DNA of 64,000 nt from Hyphochytrium catenoides (Eukaryota; Protista; Hyphochytriomycota): the NCBI GenBank assembly GCA_900088475.1, contig FLMG01000350.1:124001-188000 (forward strand), written 5' to 3'. Shown piece after piece: positions 39,381-50,076 of this stretch. Each line of letters begins with the position of its first letter. The stretch's first letter is position 1. Below the pieces are notes generated by a model. The model ran no database searches. It saw only the letters and a list, made by a program, of their open reading frames with translations, and had not been told where the DNA came from. A program made the position numbers and the translations under genes.

Positions 39381-41868
39381 CTGGTAGTTAGTTGGGTTAG
39401 GTTACTTGGTCCATTTCTCTGTCCCAAACTGTCTGTTGTGGGGAGCCTTGTAATGATAGAACACAAAATATTCCTTTATCTGCACACACCACAAGTGGGG
39501 AAGAAAGGAAAGCTCTGGCATCCCATACATGTCTAGCCTAAAATAGACAATCACGTTATGGGAAGCATCAAAATCCGTACCAACCTTCCTTTAGGGTTAT
39601 TACTACCTTCCGGTGGCTGATTAATTAAAGTTGAGATTTGACGTTTTACTTGAAGTCTATTACTATGGGTTAGTGCACCTGTACTTAACTGTCCATCTTG
39701 ATGAAGCTGTTCTCAATGTTGAATGGAAGGGTCTCATCCTTCAATGAAAGAGCTATTGGAAGCCCTGCTCCCACAAGGTCTACCACCATTTTTCAAACCC
39801 CAACACCACTTTCCTACACTTGTTCGTTATCTCCAAGTAATAGCATAAATCAGCTTGCAAGGACCATCATTCCCCTTGTCCAGTGTAGCCCTTATTATCA
39901 ACAAGTGATGTTCGGAGATTCCATCATCCTGTCGCCCATGGTGACGGATGATGGACGACGGCAACGCCTTTTCACGATGGATTGTTGTTTGCTGATTGGG
40001 TTCTCCCGTCAACAACAGCAAGAAGCTATCTTCAAGAGCCTCGTGTTTTGTAGCTAAAAACTGATCTCTCGGGAACATGCGCACTACCAAAGTGTAGGAC
40101 ACCCTGGGGCGAGGCGATGGAGAAAACTAATTTCAAAAAGAGATAGAAAGACTGTTTTTATTGGTGATGTCTGCTGAAGGTATTATTTCTAGCATACGGT
40201 CAGAAGAAGTTTCGAGAGACGCAATACAGAGGCAATAAGCCTGATCTCAAAGGAGCGTATCAGGGAGTCTGCTTGAAGTTCTTGTTATCCTACGCTCTCG
40301 TACCAAAAGCCGGTGGTGGGACCTGTTTGCTGGCTACTATGCGAGGAGCCACCCTACCTGGGAAAAGAAGAAGTGAAATCATATTCAAAAACTAGAAGAG
40401 GGATCAGCGCCTTGCAGCGTGCACAACCTTACGACGGTGAGATATCAAATATGATAGGAGGGGCATTAGTCATACAGCACAAAGTACCGATGGGGGAACA
40501 GGAGTGGTGGTCCTGCCCGATGGAGGAAGGGGGGGACTGTTTATTCATTCAACCCATTCTCTTCCTCCCTTACGTTTGGCGGCACCTACAGACCAACGCC
40601 GTCCTCTAATAGTCCTCAACTCTGTTTTGTCCAACATGAGCACTCTTTCCTGTAAATCCATGGTGGGAACCTTGTGTAAGGATAGAGCCGGAGTACCAGC
40701 AACATTCATGGTCATCATCAGCCAAAGAGATTAAGAGCTTTGGTCCTTGTGAATTCCACTACTCGTACCACTTATAAAGAATGAGTTACAATGTACTCTG
40801 GTTCGAGCTGTGTTCCTACTGGCTTCCGCCCGGTGTCGATAAAGGAGGTAGCCCACCACGTTGCGCAGAGCATCTCAAAGTTGTCATTTATTGAGCCACA
40901 AAAGACCTATTTTCCTTCTTGGCAATAATAGGCTGCCGATCTTCTAATAGTGTAGGAGTTGTGATGGTTATCTTTACTTCTTTCGTTCAAAATGCGGACT
41001 CTGTTCCTTGATCTAGTTCGAACTAAGCACTCCTCCTCAATGGAATCGACACTACAAAGAGAGTAAATTGTGTTAGACAGAAGAAAAAGAGCCACCCGCC
41101 AGTACCACCACCCAATCGATTATTCATGAAGGCGGCAAGGATTATTACTTATCTACAAATGATAGCGGGCCGACAAAAAGGTCTCCTGAAAGTTGTTATG
41201 TCAAGTCAGTTGCGACTGAAGCTTTTCTGTCGCTTCATCCTTTGATACTGGGCTGAAGCTTTCTTCCGCCTCTTCCTTTGGTACTAGGGTGATAGAGAGT
41301 CGTAAGCGCAGCAGCCTGATTGACACTGACCAATATTATGATGCATGCACCATGGCTCGTTAGTGCTTGTAATAACCCTAGGATATTCTCACCTTTGTAT
41401 TTACCCAAAACTTACCGTTCCCCAACGTTAACGGCTCTAGATAGTGTAACCCCCATCGTCGTGATAAACTCTCACCCTCTAGTCTTACAATACGAGCAAA
41501 GCAAAGAAACCAATTATATTTTTGGAGTCATCCTGATCCGCAGCCATTGAAGATGCGGAACCTGAAGTGAAGGCACTGCCCCTTTTCCTCAATGGAGGCG
41601 CAAGCGGTAAGTAAAGCTCTAAAGGCTGATGTGGCTAGGTGCTCACAATGCTGATTGAGTCAGAGGCAGCGTACTCGGGCAATATCTCCCAACAACAACT
41701 GAACGTTCAACCCTTTGACGGGGAGCCAGAGTTGAATGCTCCAACATGACTGCAATGGGCAATCCTGGCACCTAAGATATAAGGACTATAAGCGGTAGAG
41801 TATTAATGAAGGTCACTACACCAACGTCCCGATCAAGGTGAAAGAAGTACTTCTCGCTCAAGAGAAGC

Positions 41869-42450
41869 ATGCTGGCAAGAAAAGAGTGCGTTCGGAGCCG
41901 AAGACAGTCCTTCAGGCAATCTCTCATATGTATGCTAAGCCCTAGATCAGCAAAAGACTGCCCAAAAAATGGGCCTCTTACAGTCAAGCTCCAATGTTTT
42001 GATAGGGGCTTGGTGACCGTTCATCTAGCTCCAGACATGCGCAAATGGACGGATCTGATTGCAGCTCTAAGGAACCACATCACTCCTCTTACAGAAAATG
42101 ACCTGATAGAGTTCAAGGATAGCTCAGACTCATTATCCTCCTTTACCAGATTGGATGATGTAGCTCTGCTTAGGGAGGGCATGGTCTTGAGGATAAATGC
42201 AGTGCTTTCAACACAAAGCTCACACCCAAGTGTGGGGCACTCAACCCAGACACCATCAGTTAACTATGAGATGCCCAGACATACAGAGAAGGAGCTAGTC
42301 ATCGTATTGCTGGGGCAGCTTCTTTTCTTAATGCTCACTGTAATGCTGTCTATGAAGAAGGATGAGTTAGGGAATGCAATTTACTGGACAGCAGTTGCTA
42401 ATTCAGATGGAACTAACTCCAACATGAGGCTCTGCTACAGCACAAGATAG
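41869..42450 (+). CDS. Hypothetical protein; possible KHA/ubiquitin-like domain plus a transmembrane helix
   Basis: 193-aa intronless ORF; LDDVALLREGMVLRI resembles the KHA-type D-D-x-x-L-L/I-R-D/E-G motif; hydrophobic LVIVLLGQLLFLMLTVMLSM. Confidence 0.4.
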   Translation: MLARKECVRSRRQSFRQSLICMLSPRSAKDCPKNGPLTVKLQCFDRGLVTVHLAPDMRKWTDLIAALRNHITPLTENDLIEFKDSSDSLSSFTRLDDVALLREGMVLRINAVLSTQSSHPSVGHSTQTPSVNYEMPRHTEKELVIVLLGQLLFLMLTVMLSMKKDELGNAIYWTAVANSDGTNSNMRLCYSTR

Positions 42451-42534
42451 TCACATCACATATTATAAAACAGCTGTGGCGAATGCATCACCAGAAGTAA
42501 TATAGGTAACTTATCAAAACCATTGGTAGCTGCA

Positions 42535-44424
42535 TTAGCTCCTTGCTCGTCTCAGGAGAGCCGCCGTTAAAAGTCCGCACAGGGTTGCTCCGGCTGCACC
42601 AATAATCACGTAGGAAAGACTAGAAAATATGGTGGCTCCAGGAGCCGTCTGGGTCTCAGGTAAGACCTTGATAAGCATTTCACCCTCGCCTTCCAGCTCG
42701 TAGCCCAACCGTCTGTAGTAGTTCCTAACTCCAACGCCGGCAATAACGGCGAACTTTCTGTAGCCGTGCTGAAGACCAATCTCTTCGGCTTTTGCCATAA
42801 GTCGTGCACCAAGTCCAGCATGTTGAGCGTGAGCAATCTTTTTCTGCACGGTAGGAATGAGCTGCCCGTAGACATGCAGCTCTCTTATAAGCGCGGTATG
42901 TTCTAACTCGGGGAACACGTCCCCAGCTTGTTCCGTAAGGCGAAGTCTGACAAATCCGAGTATAGTATTCTCGTCAGGAGTCTCAAAGCTGATGAAAAAC
43001 TCCTTTCCTGACCCAGATTTATACTCTCTAACAAATATGATGGCTTGTTCGATGGCTTTCTTGTCATCTCTGACTTCCCTACACCGAATGCACCGACAAG
43101 GTGTCCCCAGAGCTCTCATACGGTTCTCTATCACCTGCCGCAGGTTGGGCTCATCCACGCCGCCTAGGATGTACTGGCTTGGTATGTCTCGAATAACACG
43201 GTTTAGCCGAATCCATGGATGGACTTTGGCCTTGACTTCAATTAGCAGGTCTAGTAACTCCTGGTCTGTGTAAGGCACGAAGGTGCCCTCATCATACCAC
43301 TTCTTGATGACTGTCCAAGGTGTGACCTCGCAGGGATATATTTTCCATTGATCCGCTTGAATGTCGTCCGAGAAGAGAACAGTCTCAAACATCTGACGGT
43401 CCTTCTCCACACTACTGCCCGGAAGGTTGGGCATGAGGTGAATATCTATCTTGTAGCAATTGTTCTTGAGAAGCTCAATCGCCCGAGCCGCATCCTGATA
43501 GGTGCATCCTCGATTAATCTTCTTCAGCACTTCATCATCAGTATGTTGAATCCCTAGCTGGACTCTGGTGCAGCCATAATACCTAAACCTCCGAATCTCG
43601 TCTGGCGTGATGCAGTCAGGCCTGGTTTCAAGGGTGATCCCGATAATCTTACATAACGTGGACTCGTTGATCTTCTTTTCCTCACTCAAAGACATCCTCT
43701 CCCTCTTCTCTTCGTCAAAGAATGTGTTCGCAGCGTAAAAGAGGTCTCGAATAAATGATTCTTGGTACTCATGGGGATATGAAGACCAGGTACCACCAAG
43801 AATGAGCAGTTCTATCTTATCCACTGGGTGGCCGTTCATAGAGAGTGTTACAGCCCGATCGTAGAACTGAAGTACTGGGTCGAAATTGTTTCTGTTGGCC
43901 CTCAACACACTGGGCTCGTCGTGCAGGTAGCTTCGAGGTTGGCCTGGTTCGTTGGGGCAATAATAACAGTTCCACTTGCAGCTGAAGGGTTGTACCTTAT
44001 CTCCAACTTTTGGATAAGGGCTTGTTAGCACTGTTATGACAAGCACCCCGGATTGACTTTTCTGCGCCTTTTTGATAAGTAAATCCTTAAGCTCTGTTGC
44101 TTCGGCTTCACCCTGCCTCATAAGAGTATGATAGGCATGAAGCAGCTCTGACTTCTTTGGAAGCTTTTTGAAACGGCGCCTGAGCTTCACCAACGCCTGT
44201 TCCAGCTGTCTAGGCGTGGTGGGATTCTCAGCTAGGAGAAAGCGTACCATGTCCTTGAATAAGGGCATCTGCTCCTTGGGAATTAGCTGATCCCTTGCCT
44301 TGAGTATGTCCTCCAGGTCATGGTTCATGGATTCCTCGACGCTGACAGTGCTACGCTTGTAAAAGTCCGGATGCGTCGGATCCAACTTGGAGTCAAAAGA
44401 CTTCTCCTCCATGACTGCGGTCAT
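42535..44424 (-). CDS. ELP3: ELP3-like radical SAM + GNAT acetyltransferase with C-terminal transmembrane anchor; intronless
   Basis: CKWNCYYCPNEPGQPRSY, GGTWS, GITLETRPD, HLMPNLPG, KIYPC, RVIRDIP, CRCIRCRE, IRELHVYG, QHAGLG, IAGVGVRNYYRRLGY; hydrophobic tail then RRARS*. Confidence 0.93.
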   Translation of the reverse strand: MTAVMEEKSFDSKLDPTHPDFYKRSTVSVEESMNHDLEDILKARDQLIPKEQMPLFKDMVRFLLAENPTTPRQLEQALVKLRRRFKKLPKKSELLHAYHTLMRQGEAEATELKDLLIKKAQKSQSGVLVITVLTSPYPKVGDKVQPFSCKWNCYYCPNEPGQPRSYLHDEPSVLRANRNNFDPVLQFYDRAVTLSMNGHPVDKIELLILGGTWSSYPHEYQESFIRDLFYAANTFFDEEKRERMSLSEEKKINESTLCKIIGITLETRPDCITPDEIRRFRYYGCTRVQLGIQHTDDEVLKKINRGCTYQDAARAIELLKNNCYKIDIHLMPNLPGSSVEKDRQMFETVLFSDDIQADQWKIYPCEVTPWTVIKKWYDEGTFVPYTDQELLDLLIEVKAKVHPWIRLNRVIRDIPSQYILGGVDEPNLRQVIENRMRALGTPCRCIRCREVRDDKKAIEQAIIFVREYKSGSGKEFFISFETPDENTILGFVRLRLTEQAGDVFPELEHTALIRELHVYGQLIPTVQKKIAHAQHAGLGARLMAKAEEIGLQHGYRKFAVIAGVGVRNYYRRLGYELEGEGEMLIKVLPETQTAPGATIFSSLSYVIIGAAGATLCGLLTAALLRRARS

Positions 44425-47088
44425 GTTTAGACCTGTAGAACCTTGCCTGACAGTTGCTAGCTCCCCGTTCTTTCACTCCCAGCACCTTCTCTCGCCACCT
44501 TCGAGGGCTGGCCCACAGATAAGCAGTAGCTCACAAAAAAGATTATTGTCGGTTGAGCTCAGTCGATGACGCCAGCTTCGTTCAGCGGCACAGAAGGTAA
44601 CGCACTTCTTCTAGAAAACGAGTGCCAGCATATGTAGGTCTCGCTAACTCGGCGGCCAGCTTGTCCAAGGCAATGATAGAACCTCTACCTTTCTCGTGGT
44701 GGTAAGTAGAAGTCTAGTTGCAGTGCTGGGTAATGTGGATGAGTGTCGTCTGATTCTCGGTCCTGTGGAATAGTTCTCAACCTCTAACAGTATCTCTGAT
44801 GGATGGTTGACCATCCCTCAGCACCACTTTCCAATGCTATCAGCTCATTGTATCCTTGATAAGAACACTATAGGATGGAACTATATTATATCGGCAAGGT
44901 ACTATTCCGAATATCTGAGCCCCAGGTTTGGGGTGTTACAGATGGGCGAAGTTCTAATGGGCAACAGAAGATGATTCAAGCCCTCAAGAACTTATTAGCG
45001 GCTCTTCCCTTCATAACCTTTTGACTTGCAAGATTCTTATAAAGCTCACTACCATGGATGATGAGGCATAACATGCATTGGATAATAGCCCTTCATATCG
45101 TGGAACTGTTGCACTTATGGCTGACTGACAGAAGCTAATAAGAGTTAACCCATGCCTGATGATTCTAATGCTTCCTCCGCTCGTAATAGGGTGTTGCTTG
45201 AAAGCGGGCGCTCTCTCTTGTGCATGCACATTGAAAGAAACGACTGAGAGACGTCCAGTAAGTGACATAGTCCACGCTGAATGGTGATAGAACCCAGTAC
45301 ACAGTGATGGTAATGGTTCACAGATTTATTTATAAAGTAGTAGCTCTAAGAGAGTAGAAAAGTCATTCTTTTCTATCCCATTAGCGAAGGCTGGGTCTTT
45401 GAAGAAGAGGTCTGCACCCAACCTTTTCATGAAGTCGGACGCCACTTAGAGTCTATCTAACGACCATATTGACATCAGCTCTTCAAGAGTCATAACAGCA
45501 TGCGCCTTGCCTCCGCGCAGCAACTTTATCGAGAAGTTTGGAAAAGAGGTAACATAATGTTGGACGGAAGCTATTCCTCATTGAGGTCTATCTTAGAGAA
45601 CCTAGACGGAGAGAGGATTGCTCTGGTGAAGTTACTATTATTCAGCTTCCGATGTGTTCTTAACGAAATTCCCATCTTCTTTTCTTCTGGTTAATCCATG
45701 ATGACCTACGTACATAGCCACTGGTACCATCAGAGCAGTTATTGCTCAAGAGGATAGAATATTGTCAAGAAGAGACTGTTGGTGTACTTAGGGGTAAGCA
45801 GCTGAAGGCGTCATCCATCCAGGGTATATCCATTTCGTGGCTATCACGGGAATGCCTCAACCTATCCTTCGTCTCTTATCGAGAATTGATTAGTTCGATA
45901 GTCAACCTGAGAAGATTCAGCCTCAACCCATCAACTTGATGAGATCAGAGCTAGTCTAAAACTCTCATTCGTTCTTGTACGTAGATCAACCCCATCTGGC
46001 ACCGACCTTTATCACTTCTTATCTGAGACCAATAGTCCAAGCAAGACACTCGAGGAACTAGCCAACCGCAGGTGAAGAAAGCGCCAACCCGGCACAACAA
46101 AGAAGTGTACAGCTGACAAAGTCCTTGAGAGGAAAGAACATTACGACGCGAAGAAGAAGGCGGTCGTGCCAGCCTGATGATCAGAAGCGGGACAGATGAG
46201 AAAAAGTCTGAAGGTCTGTCTCTTCGCAGGTGGGTAGGACACGCTTGTAAGGAAAATAAGCGAAGGGGTGGATGTGTAGTATTGGGCATCTCAGAAGTCT
46301 GGCATTCCTGTTGTTCGCAACTCTTCATTCGCATCATTTCAACCTTAATTTCTTCGTCATTTCTTTCAAAATCGTCAAGAGTATATTAACGGATGATCAT
46401 GCAACCTTTCAGTGAAACCTTAACAAGGTGCGAAATGAAGAAACTTCAAGAAGTGGGATAAGGGGTTGGTGAGCTTCTTGTGTTCCTTCCCCTTCGACTG
46501 TCAATGACCTGCATCTCTCACAGGACAAACGTACCTTGCCACGCTCTGTCTCTGATAAAGTCTCTCTGTCTCATAAATAGATCTCTTAAAACAGTCATTG
46601 AGGCATACTCTTGTTGCCTCGTATGGTATAGGCTTATCCTCCTGACTCTCTGTCTGGCCTGACGTCACTCGGAGTTGTCGTTTTGTGTCTCTCGTTCCAC
46701 ACTGTTCGACACTGATGCGGATGTGTGCTGTCTCTCAGTTATTAGCTTTCTGTGTCTTCCTTTCTGGCTCTCTGCTACTCAGACAGACAAGGACACGGCC
46801 CAGATGCTCCGCTGAGCTGAGAAAGGAGCCGCTCACAGCAGAAAGGGACCAATAAACCGCAAAGTAGTAGCGAGACGGCGAGGCAAGTTGTAGCGCAACA
46901 AAACGTCAGTAGTTGGAGGCTTTCATATGCGGTGTGTTCCCACAGAGGCAAGTATTTCAAGCGTGAGACTCTGAAGGCTCAACAGTCACCAATCTGCAAC
47001 GGCAGCGAAAGGCTGCTTTGGCCCAGCTTTGCTTTGTGTGGAGCTCCACGACTCCCAAAAGAGCTACGAGCCAAGAGTGCGTGCTCCA

Positions 47089-49719
47089 ATGGATTCAACC
47101 AAAGTACAGAAACCGAAGTCACCATGTAGAGTCCGGTTGGAAGAACGTAAAAGGAAGACCAGGTCACCAGCGGACGCCCACCACGTCTTAGCAGCAAAGC
47201 TTCAGATGAAGCTCTCTTCGGCGGAGAAGTCGCGCAACCAGCTCTTCAATGCCCGCATGGAGAGACTCCATGCGCATCTCCTCCATGTCGCGGAGGTTGT
47301 CTCGTCTAAGTCAGAAATGGAGAAGACCGAGCAGGAAGCAGCAGAGCTAGCTCGAAAGCTTGAAGAAGCCAAGTTTCGAAGGGAAGAGCGCTTTCAGAGC
47401 ATACGGGAAAGGTTGACAACTCGACTGCAGCTAGTTGATGAGAAGTATCACCTCATTAGTGCCACGCGACGCATCCAACGTTGGGTTAGAAAAGCCCTGA
47501 AGCTCAATGAAGTAGCTAAACTTGCACTTGGAGTGCGTGAAGACATTAACAGGCTTGTAAAAGCCTCAAAGATGATTCAAGGTAGTTCATTTGAACAAGC
47601 CGCTTCGCTTCTCTCCTCTCCCGAACTTCAAGCAGCTGCCCAACGCGTGCTGCTGGCTGAACTTCGGGCGCTCGGGACCGAAAAAGCCCAAGATAGGCTG
47701 AAAGGCAAGGTGGCGCAGCAGGCACGTACTTTGATGACGGCGAACATCATCGCGTTCCATCCGGACCACATATTTGATCATCCAAACGACTTGGTCTGCA
47801 TCGAGCTCCGGAAGTTAGCTTCTCTAGTTCTTTCTTCAATGTCCTCCTTGAATGGTGCCATGGGCAATGGGTCGAACTATGTCAGCACATTTGTCAGAAT
47901 GGCAGCTTTGCAGCATTTGTACAACGGACGTTTCGAGGCGTGGAAAAGGACAGACGCTGAAAACTTAGCAAAAACCATGATCGAAGGTTACAAGCACGTC
48001 TATGCGAGTCATCTTGAGACCTTGTACAGATTGGGCAAGGATACCAACGCGAACGAGTCACCGAGAGACGGCAGACTGGAAGTCAGTGAAGGAACCCAAG
48101 CTCAACTTCTCCAATTTGAGAACGCTATATGTAAAGTGCTGGGCAGGTCGGATGGGAAGCAGAAACTGAGAGCGGTACGCCAGGTAGTGAAGGCGGAGTT
48201 CTTGCAACAAGTGGCGGAATGGGAGGAGTCTGATACTTCTGCATCTTCGGATACGTCAAAGTCGAACCTTTCGTCTTCACCTCCTCGAGTGGTTTTACTG
48301 CCTCCTCCTCAATCGCGTTTAGAGAAAGAGCCCGAGAAGCAACAATCGAGACCGGCAGACATGGTATTTACCCGCAGCGTGATGGACAATGAGCTCTTAG
48401 CGCACGAGCTGATTCTGGACCCTAAATATCAGCTGAAGAAAGAAGACGAAACGAACTATCCAAAGAATTTGACCCAACGTACGCAGTCAATGATGAAGAG
48501 AGCTTTCTGGGATCAGATCCTCGAAGAGTTCACCTCTCGGCCTCCCATACTAGCGAGGGCCATTGCGCTGTTTGGCGAAATTCGCCAGAAACTGGCCTCT
48601 TTATTCAACAGTCACAAGCGATTCCTTGAGGAAGTTGAGCTGCTACTGCAGGAAGACATTTTGAATGACATGTTCCGTGCGGAGACTCCCGACGTGGAGC
48701 TTATTCGCACACTATGTGGTAGACTTCTGAGGCTGATGCTTGATCTAGAAGCCCCAGCTCGGCAGCCGTCAACCCAAACATGGCTGGGGCGGCTTGAAGG
48801 TGGAGCAACGACGGCGTCCAAGTCCTTTGGGGCTACGCTGCAGGAGTATTTCCAGTTCATATTTGACAAGATTGAAGAACTCCAGCTCGATATGGCAAAC
48901 TTCAATCTTCGCCTGGTAGGACCCTATCTCCGTCTTCATGGCGTGGAGTATGAGCAGCGAAAGTTTAATGAGAAACTTAGCAGTGGTGCGATAGCTCTGG
49001 ATGCGACGAAATCTTGGCTCACAAGGGCCGTGACTGCTCAGGCGAGCTACGAGAGCTGGCTTAACCGCCTAGGGGGCCTGCGTAATCGTGATGCAGCTAC
49101 GTACGCAGCTTTTCTCAAGGATGCCTTCATTCTCTTAGTCAGCACCGCCGACAGGCGTGAATTCTCTCTACCAGAGACACTTGCAATGGATGGCGGTAGG
49201 ATTGTGCAGATCAGAGACTTGGTGGACTCTTTGATCCTAAAGTCCTCTATGATGGCACTAGCGATGCAAACGCTGTCGGAACCACATCTGCGGGTCCCGG
49301 TCAGTAGCTCAGGCAAAGCTTCTCTTCTACAGAGGCTTGAAGTTCTTCTCAGTGATTCGACGTTGAAGATACTGGATTTAGCTGCTGAGGTAGCCCAGTT
49401 TGTGAAGGAAGAGGCGGAGAAGGCTAGTAAGACAGCTACAAGGGACGACCTCGAGGTTCTTCGGAAGCAGGTAGAAGGACTGCTGAAGGAAAATAATCCG
49501 CTTTTTGCCCTCATTGCCAACCGGGTGTACGAAGTGCTGAGAGACTCCCTTCAAAGGGAGAGTCTGGCCGACGACCTCCTCTGCAAGTACAAGCTAGAGC
49601 CATTCAAAGCTCAACTGGAAGACTGTCTTAATCGGCTCATTGTACTCTCACGACACAATCAGGCGGTACATGCGACGTACTATAACCAGCTAATAGGTGA
49701 TCTCCTGCAAGAGCTGTAA
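47089..49719 (+). CDS. TCP11 (T-complex 11/SOK1)-domain protein; intronless
   Basis: NELLAHELILDP, MKRAFWD, LDMANFNLRLVGPYL, VEYEQRKF, LPETLAMDGGRI; N-terminal coiled coil and IQ-like ATRRIQRWVRK. First in-frame ATG at 47089. Confidence 0.88.
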   Translation: MDSTKVQKPKSPCRVRLEERKRKTRSPADAHHVLAAKLQMKLSSAEKSRNQLFNARMERLHAHLLHVAEVVSSKSEMEKTEQEAAELARKLEEAKFRREERFQSIRERLTTRLQLVDEKYHLISATRRIQRWVRKALKLNEVAKLALGVREDINRLVKASKMIQGSSFEQAASLLSSPELQAAAQRVLLAELRALGTEKAQDRLKGKVAQQARTLMTANIIAFHPDHIFDHPNDLVCIELRKLASLVLSSMSSLNGAMGNGSNYVSTFVRMAALQHLYNGRFEAWKRTDAENLAKTMIEGYKHVYASHLETLYRLGKDTNANESPRDGRLEVSEGTQAQLLQFENAICKVLGRSDGKQKLRAVRQVVKAEFLQQVAEWEESDTSASSDTSKSNLSSSPPRVVLLPPPQSRLEKEPEKQQSRPADMVFTRSVMDNELLAHELILDPKYQLKKEDETNYPKNLTQRTQSMMKRAFWDQILEEFTSRPPILARAIALFGEIRQKLASLFNSHKRFLEEVELLLQEDILNDMFRAETPDVELIRTLCGRLLRLMLDLEAPARQPSTQTWLGRLEGGATTASKSFGATLQEYFQFIFDKIEELQLDMANFNLRLVGPYLRLHGVEYEQRKFNEKLSSGAIALDATKSWLTRAVTAQASYESWLNRLGGLRNRDAATYAAFLKDAFILLVSTADRREFSLPETLAMDGGRIVQIRDLVDSLILKSSMMALAMQTLSEPHLRVPVSSSGKASLLQRLEVLLSDSTLKILDLAAEVAQFVKEEAEKASKTATRDDLEVLRKQVEGLLKENNPLFALIANRVYEVLRDSLQRESLADDLLCKYKLEPFKAQLEDCLNRLIVLSRHNQAVHATYYNQLIGDLLQEL

Positions 49720-50076
49720 GGATTAGGTGGGGAGTATACATCTAGCTGTCATAGAGAGGTGTTTACCTCTGTCATATATATATGTAAGACCATGAAAAAA
49801 AGCTTACTCTTTGAAAGATGACTGGATGCTTTCGATCCATGGAGCGAATTGTTGCGCGGGTCATCAAGTACTCTATATACAGCTCCTTATGTCCACGTTT
49901 GCCTACCAGCTTCGCACACATAACCAGCCGACTGACTTGAAAGGTACTAATGTTGTTGCATTTATGAAGGTCTACAGCAGAGCTGGGCCAATAGTTTTGA
50001 CAGACATGTCTGAGCTAGCAAGTCCACATAGCGGACAAAGCGTTGCATACTCATCTATCTGCTATTTGTTAATAGA

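Noticed and set aside
39827-40102. Possible PIF1/Helitron helicase relic (CKLIYAITW)
   Set aside because: One weak motif with no supporting helicase motifs.
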